The notes beneath the pieces were generated by a model that saw only the letters and a program-made list of their open reading frames with translations, did no database searches and was not told where the DNA came from. The position numbers were made by a program, and so were the translations under genes. A stretch of DNA of 59,430 bases, the filler included, from Sphacelaria rigidula (Eukaryota): the NCBI GenBank assembly GCA_964200075.2. It is 4 parts of 4 records of this genome, joined end to end, with 100 filler letters (N's around TTAATTAATTAA, not from the genome) between each part and the next. Parts side by side here need not be neighbours in the genome. Positions count along the whole stretch, not along the records: positions 1 to 14,787 come from CAXNAA020002048.1; positions 14,888 to 29,670 come from CAXNAA020002049.1; 2 more parts are not named here. One strand, 5' to 3'. Positions 11,680 through 23,100 of the stretch are shown here, piece by piece. The number at the start of each line of letters is the position of its first letter. The stretch's first letter is position 1.

Positions 11680-14289
11680 GTGGATGCCAACCGTGACCGT
11701 ACTCACGAGGATGATTCGCGGCACAGATCAAGTTCATCACACGTTCACTCGCGCTCGAAAAACACCGAGCATGCAACCGCGCGCACCCCTCCTGCTCCGC
11801 ATCCGTCACGCCGGCGTCATTTACGTAATGATAATACTGTACATGCTGACGATATCCAAAATATATTTTCGGACATGTCACCGGCTCTTGAATCCTCAAT
11901 TGAGGGATCCGGCCGTACTTCATCGCAAAACCGACGACCCGACAATGACCTCGACCCGCCGTCCCGCTCCGATACTGCGATTATTCGTTCTCTTCAACAA
12001 CGATTGACAGATCTCGAGCGAGAACTAGCAAAATCAACAATGGAGAACTCATTATCCACCGCCGCTGCCGCCAAGACCACGGTGGAGACCACAGGTGTTA
12101 CTGCAGCTACTGCTGCCGCCACAACTGCCGCTGCCGCCGCTGCTACCTTGGCCGCTGCGCCTTCTGCCACGCCAACTACAGTCACGCCCCCCACACCCGT
12201 TGTCCCCCCGTCTGCAGTCGATACCGCCGCAGATAGTGGTTCAACCATTGGCACGGTCGCGGATGCCCCCGTGCGCTCGCCCGCGTCTGTGGAGGATCTC
12301 CCTCCGCTCGGCGACGAGCATTGCCCTACCGGTCTTCTGTTGAGGCTGTTCAGGAACCACCCCCGTGCGGGACAACTGAACCTCATTGATGATTACGCCT
12401 CGCAAGCGCCAGCACTGGCCAAGGACGTACTCGAGCAACAAAGGGAGGCCGACGCCGCTGCGGCACGCGTCCTGAACACGCAGTCAAGCATCAAGACGTT
12501 CAGCGCCAGGCTGCACGCGCCTAGACAACAAACTCCGCGGCCCAACGCGCTCTATGGGAAGGCCGCACTGCTGCGTTGGTGGCTCAGAAGTGCGTCAAAG
12601 ACCTCGAGGATCATGTCCGCAGGACTGCCCACGACGCGGCCACGTTGGCCGCTCGCCTCACAAATCATCCGGCCTCTCCGCCGCCTATCAGCAACACGTC
12701 CGGTGGTCGCCCTTCCCGTCAGCCAACGGCCGACACGTCTACTTACGTGATCCCACGTAAGACCGACAATACGTCGTATGCTGCGGCCGCTGCCGTCTCC
12801 ACGACGGCTCCAGCACGCCCGCCTCGTGCACCTAGCTCGGCGGCCGATACCCGCCTGACGCCAGGTCTGCAACTGGCGCCTCACGAACGAGTGTGGCTTT
12901 CTCGTTCCGCGGCCGATTGTACCGACCCGTTCCGCAGAAGCAACCACCTCCACTGCTCCCGCCAGGCCTGGAACTTAATTTCGCAACGCATGCTTCACGT
13001 TATTGATGTTTACGTGGAGCAGGGCGGCTTCTTCCGCGACGAAGGGGTACCGGCACTCACCTTGGGCCAACTGGTCCTCCAGGTCACTATCGGGGATTGA
13101 CCGGATCACCAGCGTTACGTCCGCGCTGTCAACGATCTTTTTGCGGCGCTACGCGCCGCTTACACCTCTGACCCCGGCGCCACCATCGCCGACGATGACC
13201 AAGATGAAGATGGGTGGACTCCCGCAAGTGCCAACTGCAGGGGACAAAAGAAGAACCACCGGAGGGACGACGACGACAATGATGGAGGAGGCTCAAGCCG
13301 CCGCCACGGTGGTGGAGGATCCTCTTCGGGCGGCTCCGGACCGAACCTCCCGGCTCGCAATACCCGCGGCCCGCCTCGCTAGAAAACCGGAGGTAATTCT
13401 TCAGGATCTTCCGCGACAGGCTGGAACCGGTCTGGTACAGACCTGCCCCCCTCGGGTCCGGCGTCAATGGTCAAACGACTAAGGCAAGCAACAAATGAGT
13501 ACGCCTCCCCTCGGGTCCGGCGACACCATGGCAAGTGATCCCTAAATTGACTGATGTTTCGGCTCGCATTTTAGGTTTATCTGATACGGACACACCTGAC
13601 CGTTCATTGTCTTCTACTTCAGCTCCCGCTTTAGCAATCGCTGCGGCTGACAAAGAACGTTCCGAAGCTAGTGAAAAAGCAGCTTCCGATAGAGCCGAGT
13701 CTACCCGAGTAGCTGCAATACAGAGACAGTATATTCAGATGGATGTGAAAAATCTGTGGCACATTAAAAAAATGCCTGCTGCGAATAATGAAGATTCTTC
13801 GGTACAGTATACTTCTGCCCTCATCACGTCCATTCGCCGCACTGTTTGTAACATCCTTCACTTGGCGGATGCAACTGGCACCCAACGTTTCGAAGATTCC
13901 GATTGGGTAGAGGGCTGGCAGACTCCCTTGCATAAAGCATTGCATTTTCCATCAGCCGCCGCTCTCCCGACATCGCTGCTTCTTTACCACAGATCCTCGA
14001 CGGCTTCCTCGCCGAAATGGATCCGGATATTGCCAAGGGGAAGGCAGGCCCGGCATTGCTCTCTGATTCAGATTCGGAGAGGCGTTTGATAGGCTGTTTT
14101 GACAAAAGTGGCCAAGCCAGCGCCATCCAGAGGCTGAGTTCTTTTGCTGTCGCATCGGATGTCCCCTTCGCGGATTATCTCCGTGAATTCAATCTTTTGG
14201 CTTTTGGTACTACCGATGTCGGACGCCAAAACGGACCGAGCGATGCAATGTGTCAGACTTACATTCGTAATACACACTTGGACAAATAG
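11680..14289 (+). pseudogene. Fragmented gag-like polyprotein of a second retroelement
   Basis: Long low-complexity ORFs ending SFAVASDVPFADYLREFNLLAFG..G..PSDAMCQTYIR, which align by eye with the first gag (HFQAVEGTAFAEYLRSLRILV..G..PDQAQVQSAIK). Confidence 0.6.
13464..13503 (+). mobile_element. 40-bp 3' end of poly-C-associated LINE (copy A)
   Basis: tcaatggtcaaacgactaaggcaagcaacaaatgagtacg flanked by the duplicated cccctcgggtccggcg. Confidence 0.85.
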
Positions 14290-14787
14290 CACCCTGTGGG
14301 GCACGTCTACAGGGTTCAGGGAAACTGTGCAGTGTTTCTCGCGGGGATTGACTGTAGGGTATTATTTTGTGCCACACAGGGCGCTTTACAGGGTTTCGTC
14401 ACTGCGTGTAGTGTTCATTGCTGTTAATATACTGTTATGGGTGCGCCTGACTCCCCAAACTGGGCAAAAAAAGTGTCACCGACCAAAATCACGAAAAGAC
14501 ACGAACATATCGACTTTTGGGGCTTATTCAGGCTCGTCGGGTAAAATATGCCCAACGTCATCGGAAGGAAACGACATGGATCCAAAATTCATAAAGAGAA
14601 CCCTACCGTTACTTTCGTTGTTGTTCCACATATACTGCATGCCACTGCGTAGCTTTTCGTCCATGCTCACGATACGCTGGAATGCCAGGAGGCTAGTTGG
14701 GTTGATCCAACCCAACGCACACCGAAAACCCTCGGGCAAGGGCGGTGCACACATTCTTTGAACAAAGTGAGGCCTTGGTAGACCCCA

Positions 14788-14887
14788 NNNNNNNNNNNNN
14801 NNNNNNNNNNNNNNNNNNNNNNNNNNNNNNNTTAATTAATTAANNNNNNNNNNNNNNNNNNNNNNNNNNNNNNNNNNNNNNNNNNNN
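14788..14887. other. Artificial contig linker
   Basis: N44-TTAATTAATTAA-N44. Confidence 0.97.
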
Positions 14888-14993
14888 CCCCCCCTATCGT
14901 AGGAAGTGCTCCGTCTCGAAAGGGATGCGTGGTCAATGGTCAAACGACTAAGGCAAGCAACAAATGAGTACGCCCCCTATCGTAGGATGACTC
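14888..14993. mobile_element. Right TIR of a Sola-like MITE carrying a 68-bp poly-C LINE insertion (copy B, 14905-14972)
   Basis: ccccctatcgtagga is duplicated (14890-14904 and 14973-14987) around the LINE end. The TIR finishes ...ggatgactc. Confidence 0.8.
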
Positions 14994-17196
14994 TTCGGAG
15001 TTTCGCCGACTGCTGCCTGGGTGTCAAATTCTCTCGCTAGGGCTGACGATAGTGCCTCAGTAGTCTTCTTTGCAAATTACATAGCTCAATCTGGAGCAAA
15101 ACCTACATCGCATGCTATAACTCAATAATTCAACAGTTGTAATACCTGTTCAAAACTATGGCCCAAATCAAGGGTGTCACATCTCTCAGCCAAGGCACAT
15201 ACTCCCTCCCCCCTTTCCGTCTTGAAGGAGAATTTTAGACGTCGGTCCCCATCCACCATGAAAGCGGCGTGCAAACGTTTGGAAGTAGCTGCACTAGCTG
15301 AAGGAGTGATGGGTAGTACACGGACAAATGATTAGGCGCACTGATCTTTGCCTACACCTCCCCCTTCACAACGCTGTATAACACGCCACTCACGGCGTGA
15401 GCCAGGCAATCAGGTGGCCATTCTTCTTCTCGCTTGCGTTTTTTGGTAATGGTGACGGTGGTCAAGTTGCATCATATTGTGCGGGGTGGAGAACCTCAAC
15501 TCTGCGAAAAGGGGATGATCGCGCTACGTACTGTTTATACAGTGAAACACCCATGAGGCAACTCATTCGAGGCTGTCATCGATACGCAACGTAATTAGTA
15601 CGCTTCGGACCGAACAATCTTAGCAGGATGCAGCTCACCCTTTACGCGACTCGCCGAACACATCACGGCGCTTCGCGCTTGGCGATTGATTGCAAGCGCG
15701 GCCCGGCGAAAACCCGGCGTGCTCCGTTCCGGCTTCGTAGGGATGCGAGGTCAATGGCCGTATTACTGCGGCTTGCAAGATCATAAGTACACCCCCCCCT
15801 CTCTCCCCCCTATAGGGTGCGCGGTCTTCAGGCAACTCCAAAGATCAGTCGCCTCGCGGGTAGTTTTTAAACACCACATCAGTTCGATCGTTCTGCTTCG
15901 CGGCCGACCCGTATGAATCTCTCAGAAACAGTGTACACCATTGCTCGCAGTTTAAACACGTACTTTCAACACCCAAAGTAGCTCCACTTTCAAAAGTCTG
16001 ACTACGCTGGGTAGCCTAACTACTCAGATTTAGAGCGGACCCCCTATCTATAACTCTTCAGGCCAAATTTGGGCTTGGAGAAACTATTTGGTGTGGTGCC
16101 TGGACCGAGAGATGTGCCACTCCTTGCCCCAATCACCGCATTTCTTAACATCTTGCTTGGTGGAACATGTCAACCACTGCGAGAAAACAAAATGCCCTGT
16201 GCCATGTTATTTTCGGAGGTATGGCCGAACCACCATAAGGTGGTGAGAGGAGCGGGTAAGTTGCAAGTTGTTGCCCGAAACAACAGAGTTCATGGATTGA
16301 GTGGTGTGAATGGTGTTCCCGGGGTGAAACGCGGTCAAGCTGTCGACAGGTCACTGACTTACGGCATCATGACAATGTTAACTACTTGTCACTGTCTCAA
16401 GCAACGTGTCAACATGGTTGTTTCGAGCGACAAATCCGGTTGACCCCCTCTCTCCCACCTACCGCGTGATGGGTCAAAATTTCTCTGCCCCATGTGCGAG
16501 ACTGATCGGCAGCGCGTTCGTGTAAATTCGTGTCAGATAATATGTACATTGATGTGCGCCGGGTTTTTTTATCCCCGCGAAGATCGCCGGAAACGCTTGT
16601 ATTTTGATGCATTTGGCGTACAGCATGAGCAAGCTATGTTCTACTTTCCTCTAGCCGTAGGTCGGCGTCGAAGGTGGCTCTATGCTCATACTTTGTAAGC
16701 TCCCGCAGAGGTCGCGGGTGCGAGACCCTGTTCAATGAGCGTCGTCCTTGGAAGACTGACTGACAAACTGGTTTCACGGTCTAAAATTGTTTTGTTCTCT
16801 TCTCGTATGGCGTCCCCACGCGGTGGGGGTCTGTTCCTCCCTTTGTTTCTCGAGGCTGGTACCAGAAACTAGCCTGGTGTGTTTCTTGTCCTCCTATATT
16901 CATTCCCCCCCCTCCCCCTACTCCCTGTTTTTGAATTCTTCTCGTGTGCAGGTTACTCGGTTTGCGTTTTCCCCCTTTTTCATCACTGTCCTTCTCGAGT
17001 TTCCTTCCCCGAGTATTTTCGATGTGTCACCTTGTGTACGTATAGTTGTGACCACGGTTGGATTCGCAGCGGAGTAGATCATGCACCGCAATCGATCAGT
17101 CGACCAATCAATCAATGCTTGTATCTGACCCGGTGCGCTTGTGTGTGTTGGCGCGGTTTGTGCTGGTGCGCCACCGTGCTTGTACACGTTTGGTAG

Positions 17197-20100
17197 TACA
17201 ATATCGGCGGTGCCAACAAGCCCCCTAAATGTGGTGCTACGCACCCAGCAGCGGCGGTCGTGCCCGCTTCACCCGCGACAGTCACCGTCGTCGACAACAA
17301 TGATGGCAAATTCTCCAAACGACCCACGACGGGAACGGTCACAAGGAGGGCCAGGATGAATTCTAAAGCCGAGGAAAAGAATTCCAAGGAAACTGCGGAT
17401 AACATCAACGTTCGTGATAGACGGGCGGCACTGTTCGCCAGCCGCGCTACTGCCGTCGAGGATGATAAGGGCAGAGACAAAGACGCATGTAAAGTTGCAG
17501 TCCCCGACGCGACGAATCCTGTCGAACCCGCGGCCAGGATGAATACTGAAGCTGAGGAAAATAGTTCTGAGGGAGTTGCGGATAGCACCAACATTTTCGA
17601 AAGACGGGCGGCACTGTTCGCCAGCCGCGCTTCTGCCGTCGAGGATGATAAGGACAGCGGCAAGGATGCATGCGATGTTGTAGTTCCCGACGCGACGACT
17701 CCTGTCGCACCCGCGACTTCCGTGCCCGTACCGATGGTTGAAGCGGACGAGAAATTTTCTTCGACTTCGCACGTACGTGACGTAAAAGAGTCGAACACAG
17801 TACTGCCGTCAAGAGCTGTATCCTCGGAAGACGCTGTACCCGCTCCGCATTCATCTCCTGCGGTGCCGGCGCCTCAGACCTTCCTCGCCCCCGATCTCCC
17901 GGGGTGGATGGAAACGAGTGACCTGCTGGCGCTGCTAGGCTCGGGACCTGATGCTGTACATGAAGCAGTCGCTAAGGTTGTCCGTGAACAGGGGGTTGGC
18001 TCGGAAGAGGATGCTGCTGGTCCTGGGACGGAGGCGGGTGTCTGTCGGAGGTGGTGGGATGCGGCATGGCAAGCCGGCGAGGCGGAGGTAGCTGTCGCGG
18101 CAGCGGACGCCTTTTGCCTACATTTGGGGTCCATGCGGGTGGGTGCATGTCTTGTTCTCCATCGTGTGCGTCCCTCTCAACGTTTCTAGGCAATTGTATT
18201 CAGAGTTAGCGCGTTTTCGAGTCAAGGAGGTGTGGACCTCGGTGTTAAAACGAGATTTCTTGGGTAGACAGCTGTTGCTCCCCTTCACAAGCACGGGCTG
18301 CCCGGCTGCAATCGTCGCTTTCTATGGCGCTGGCACCACCTCTACGCACCCCAACCCCTCTCCCCTCTCTCGCCCGTGTGCTGTAGGATGATCTCTTCTC
18401 GACCGCCGACGAGCAGCGTGCGGCCCTGTTGTTGGCGTTCCTTGGCACTTCGCCCCACGCCGCGATGGTCCGCCGCGTCTTTCTACAAAACCCCTCGGCG
18501 GCGCGCGCCACCCTGCGCCTTGCTTTGGCTCCCCTGCGCGTGAACAAAGCAACTCACGCAGCAGCGGTAAGCCGTGGCGTGCTGGTGGCTGCACCATTTT
18601 CGACGGCGGCTGAGCAGCCGGCTGCGTCGGAGGCGATACGGAGGCTGGAAGCATGGAATCCGCTAGAGGGGTTGGAGACACTTGATGTGCTGCTGCGAAG
18701 CACTGCTGGTTCCGCCGCCCTGGTAGTCACTTTAGGGATCGAGGCCCGAGACACGAGCTGCGGCCACGGGGCACAGTTCGAAGCCGATTCCTGTCTCGGC
18801 CCCCTTCTCGGCGCATTAGGGTGCGTCTTGCCGATAAGAGCGCACCTCGAGGCAGCTCGCGAGCAAGCTGAATCGATGTTGACAGGGGCAGGGGAGGAGT
18901 CGGCGCCTCAGAAGCAGGTGCAGCATCTTGGCATCTTCTGTATTTAGGCCATTCATGTGCTACCATACGTGTGGTGATCAAGTAATCCGTCGATCATTCA
19001 ATGGGCAGGTTTCTTGACTCGCGGCCATGCCCGTCTCTTGACGTGCCCTTCTGCATGTGTTACTGAGCAATGCTACGGTAGGGGTGCACTTTTTGCGCGA
19101 AATCTTGTCTGGTTCAGGGGCTCCTACTCGTAACGATTCTAGATTGCACGAGAATATGGGTCAGAGCATCCCCGTTTGCAAATTTATGCGGGATATCTCT
19201 AGCACATTGATATCGTAATCCTGGCGTACCCTCACATATTTCGTAAGTGGTGTTTTGGATGAGATACAGGGCTCCTAATAATTCAAACCTCAGAAAATAT
19301 GTGTGCACCCCTACCGTAGCATCACTCTACTACGTGTACTGCATCACAACTTGATTCGCCAATTGAACTATTAGGTGCCGGTCGCGAACACGCTCGCCAA
19401 GCTGTGGGCCAAGGTACTCGCGGAGGGGTCATCTAAACCCCAAAAGGCCCTGGCCAACCAGTTCAAGACATACAGGAACCAGATCGTGAGGAACAGGCAG
19501 GGTTTTGTGCTACTTGTGGAGGCGGCGCTGGTCAAGGTCCGTCATATTTCGTTACGTTTCGTGCTGGCATGTATATCTTGAGTTGGACTATTTCTCCTAG
19601 ATTTTGCCTCCCTACTATATACGGTACAGGGACCGTGTTTCCACCGCTTGGTTCGAGTTTTATTTATATGTGAACCCGACTCGTGCTCTTCATTCCATTC
19701 CCCAAGTGCGAGTCACACGCAACAATGGGCGGTGGCGATTGACCCTTTCCCGAGCCCTTTGTTGCCCCCCACACGGCTGTCCAGTGTTCACAGTCCCCTC
19801 GACTTCCCTGGTGCTGTGCATCGCCGCTGCCCCTTCGTCGGGAACAGGCAATGACGACCAAGAGTGTGGCGCACCAGGCCAAGTTGGACGTGTGCGCTTG
19901 GCTATCGAAGGCAATCTTTCTGCACGAGAGCCTGCCGCAGCTGTGCCACCAGCAGCAGCCAGAGCTACTTGGCGAGCCCGGTTCGGGTGCCACGTGTGCG
20001 TCATCGGCGTTCTTGATGAGTCTGTGCGCCCTGCTGCTGCGCCTCGGAGCTCGGAAGTTTTCGTCTACCGACGTCAAGGTGCGCGCGGGGCTGGACAGCA

Positions 20101-23100
20101 ACTTTTTGTTTTGCGTTCGATTTTTTGTGCGTACTGTTTGATATACCTCGACATGGTGTTGGGCTTCCGGTCGCGTCGAATTCCCCAGGTGGGCAGTTTA
20201 CTCAATCCCGCACGGCAGCAACCTGCTCACCGTATTCCCTCCGACGGCTCTTGCTTCTGCAATCGTCCCTGGCTTCCACGCGCGCTTTGCAGAACCTGGA
20301 GTGCATCGACATCTCGTACCTGGAGGAGGGATCGGTTCTATGGGAAAGCGGTGCCGGCACCACCGTTTTGACCGACAACGACGAGCCCAGCGAGAATGAT
20401 GAAGACGTCTCTAGTGGCGATGGCGAGCCAGGTCATGTGGAGAGACCGGCCTCGCCGCCACCGAAAGACGGCGTCCAGGAGGAGAAAAGCCCGGTATCGT
20501 CCGAGGATGGTGATGATGCTGATAGATCAGCGGCAACCGCTGCAGCCGAGGATTCGGCAGAGAACGACGCGGTTTTGGCCACGCCCACCACGGGCGAGAC
20601 AAACGGACATAGTCCACAGCGACGACTTCTCGCACGGAGGCGCCGTGGCATTCTGGGAATAAGGGGAGGTGGAACAAAGAAGGAAGAAGAACCTGCATTC
20701 AGTTTCGCTACTGAGCTGTTCTTCTTGACGCACCGCGCGCTACAGGTCATCGTGAACCCCCTCAAGACCCGGAGGGATAAAATGCGTGAGATCATCGACA
20801 GGTCCGCGCTCGCCGAAACGGGCGTTTCTGCCTCCGCCGAAATTTCAGGCGGAGACTCGGCTGCCGCCGTTGCCGCCGCCGCCGGTGGGGGCGCCATCTC
20901 CCCCGCCGCGATTGCGCTACTCAGACGGGTCGTTTTCAAGGAGACGGATATGGCGGTAGCACTCGGCTGGGTCGTGGAAGGGTTCGGGTGTGAGGCCGTC
21001 ACGGGTCTCGCATGCCAATTCGGCACTTTCACTGCCGCTTGGCTCAAACGACAAATGAGCGCCAGACTGAATGATGCTAACCGTTTCGCCACCGGCGGTG
21101 CGGGGGCGGCGGTGACTGTGGGTGTTGATGGCGTTGTAGTTGGTGATCGCGGCCCAGTCACCGCGGGCTCGATGTCTTCTGTATCCCCTGGGCGCATATC
21201 CGGTGAAGGAGATGCAGTGAAGGCAGCGGCGGCGCAGACATTTGCGAGGGTTCCCCCCGCGCTCATCGAGACGATGTGCGATGCGTGGGTAGCGGCCATT
21301 CTTGAGGGGCAAGGAGAGGAATTCCTTACCCGGAGGGCCGCGGAGAACGCCGCTTATTTTTGCGGGGAGGTTATGGAGCAGGTGAGACAAGCATAATCTG
21401 AATCATCAATCGGTAGGCCCACCACGAGTGCGCTGCGTTGAGACTCCGCTGCTGTCGTTGGGGTCGCTGTAACTGTAGCTTATTTTCAACATCACAAGGC
21501 AGGGTGCCCTGTCTGATGGCTCGAGGTATCACAGTGGATGCCACGCCGATTGGGTGGATGGGAACAAAGGGCGGCTGCAATGTAGGTTCGATATCGCCGC
21601 CGCTTGTCCAGGCTGTACTGTCCAACACCTTCCCCTCGTACTAACATGGTCTTGCATCACCGTGAACACCGCGACCAAGTCCAATATTTCCCGGTTTGCT
21701 CTTCGCCGCTTCCTTTAACAGGTCTCTCTCGCTCTTTGCAGGAGGACCTTCCTTCCTCTTCACTCGTGCGAGATATTGCTGATTGCATTCGTTCCCATGC
21801 ATTGCCCTTTCACGTCCCGAATCGCGAATGACTTCGATCAAACCCATCCCACCCCTCCCATGAACCACGCTATAGGTCGATCTCAGGTTGTGGCCACCGA
21901 CGCAATCCAAGCTGGTGGACGTGCTCGAAGCTCTCATCCGATCAGGGACGAAGGCCCTGAACAATAAAGGGTCCCGGGGCTACCAGGTGCGACACTCTGA
22001 CTTTGTTATGTTTAATATTTTTTGTTGTCTCGTAGATTTACCGCAGGCCTCCACATTCTCGGTTTCCTTTTTCTCTATCCATGCTTCAACACACTGGACA
22101 CATCAACACTTGTGCAATCCATTTCGTACGAATGACGAGGTTCAACAATGATGCGAATCAGTCCTCGCGCACGAATTACAGGTTGTCAGTCATCGCGTTT
22201 GATTCGTGCCATTCAAATGGAGTCATGCTACGATAGGGGGGAAGGGGTGTTCGATTCCGCGAAAAATGGGCTCGTAGGTGCTTCAGACGACCCAACACAC
22301 TCGCGGTGCACTTGTATTCGGGTAAAAGCGGTGTCAATCAGTATGAGTGAGTGTTATACATCAGAAGTAAGCGCGTTCGAACAACCGTTGCTATGAACGA
22401 CGATTGTACGTAGAATTTATTTGAAGAAAACGGCCCAAAATACCCCCCCCCTATGGTAGAATGGCTCAATGACGGCCAGGAAAAGTATTTACATTCAAAC
22501 TCATGCCGCACGAATCATAGGTGAGCGCTACGTAAGAACCGCTGTTCTTGCACGAATCACAGTTGGGCGAGACGTATGTTTGGTTCGTGCCGCAAAAGCA
22601 ATGGACGGATATAGTACGTTTGCCTAGGGTTCTATGAATGGCGCGTGGAAAACTGTGCGTTGCATTTGTACCGTACAAATGTCAGACGAGAAAACGTACG
22701 TTTGATTTGTGCCATACGAGTGGCGGGCGTGGAAAACATACGTTTGATTTGTGTTGCACGAGCGATGAGGCGGGAGTAACGAGCAATGCACCGTTTTTGT
22801 ACAAATCCCGCTATTGAACCGTGAAAAAGACCAAGCAATTTGGACTTAACACAATGATGTGGCCGGTTTTCTCCTGACACTCCATCACTAAGGTTTCCTC
22901 GAGTAGGGCACTTCCAGTGCACAGACTAAATGTGTTGTACATGCTGCTGGAAGGCTTACAGCCCGCACACGTACCCCGTCCCACGGGAAACTGAAGACCT
23001 GCCTGCATAAGTAAGTGCGGTATAGAGCACCGCAAATATCCGATGCGACTCGGTGCCAGCTACAAGGCCGTGGCAGCAGTGCCAGTGTTGGTAATGGTGT

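Noticed and set aside
13464-13503. Spliced-leader or small RNA gene
   Set aside because: Longer copies extend into a decayed ORF and all copies have TSDs, which fits truncated retrotransposition.
14290-14787. Possible transposon end truncating the second gag
   Set aside because: The abrupt change in sequence is suggestive, but no partner TIR or diagnostic motif is visible before the contig ends.
14788-14887. TTAATTAATTAA recurring at ~14.9-kb spacing
   Set aside because: Six-frame-stop linker between size-sorted contigs; not biological.
20433-21299. Long antisense ORFs over Ufd2 exons (also 17112-17798 and 28238-29035)
   Set aside because: Shadow frames of GC-rich coding exons.
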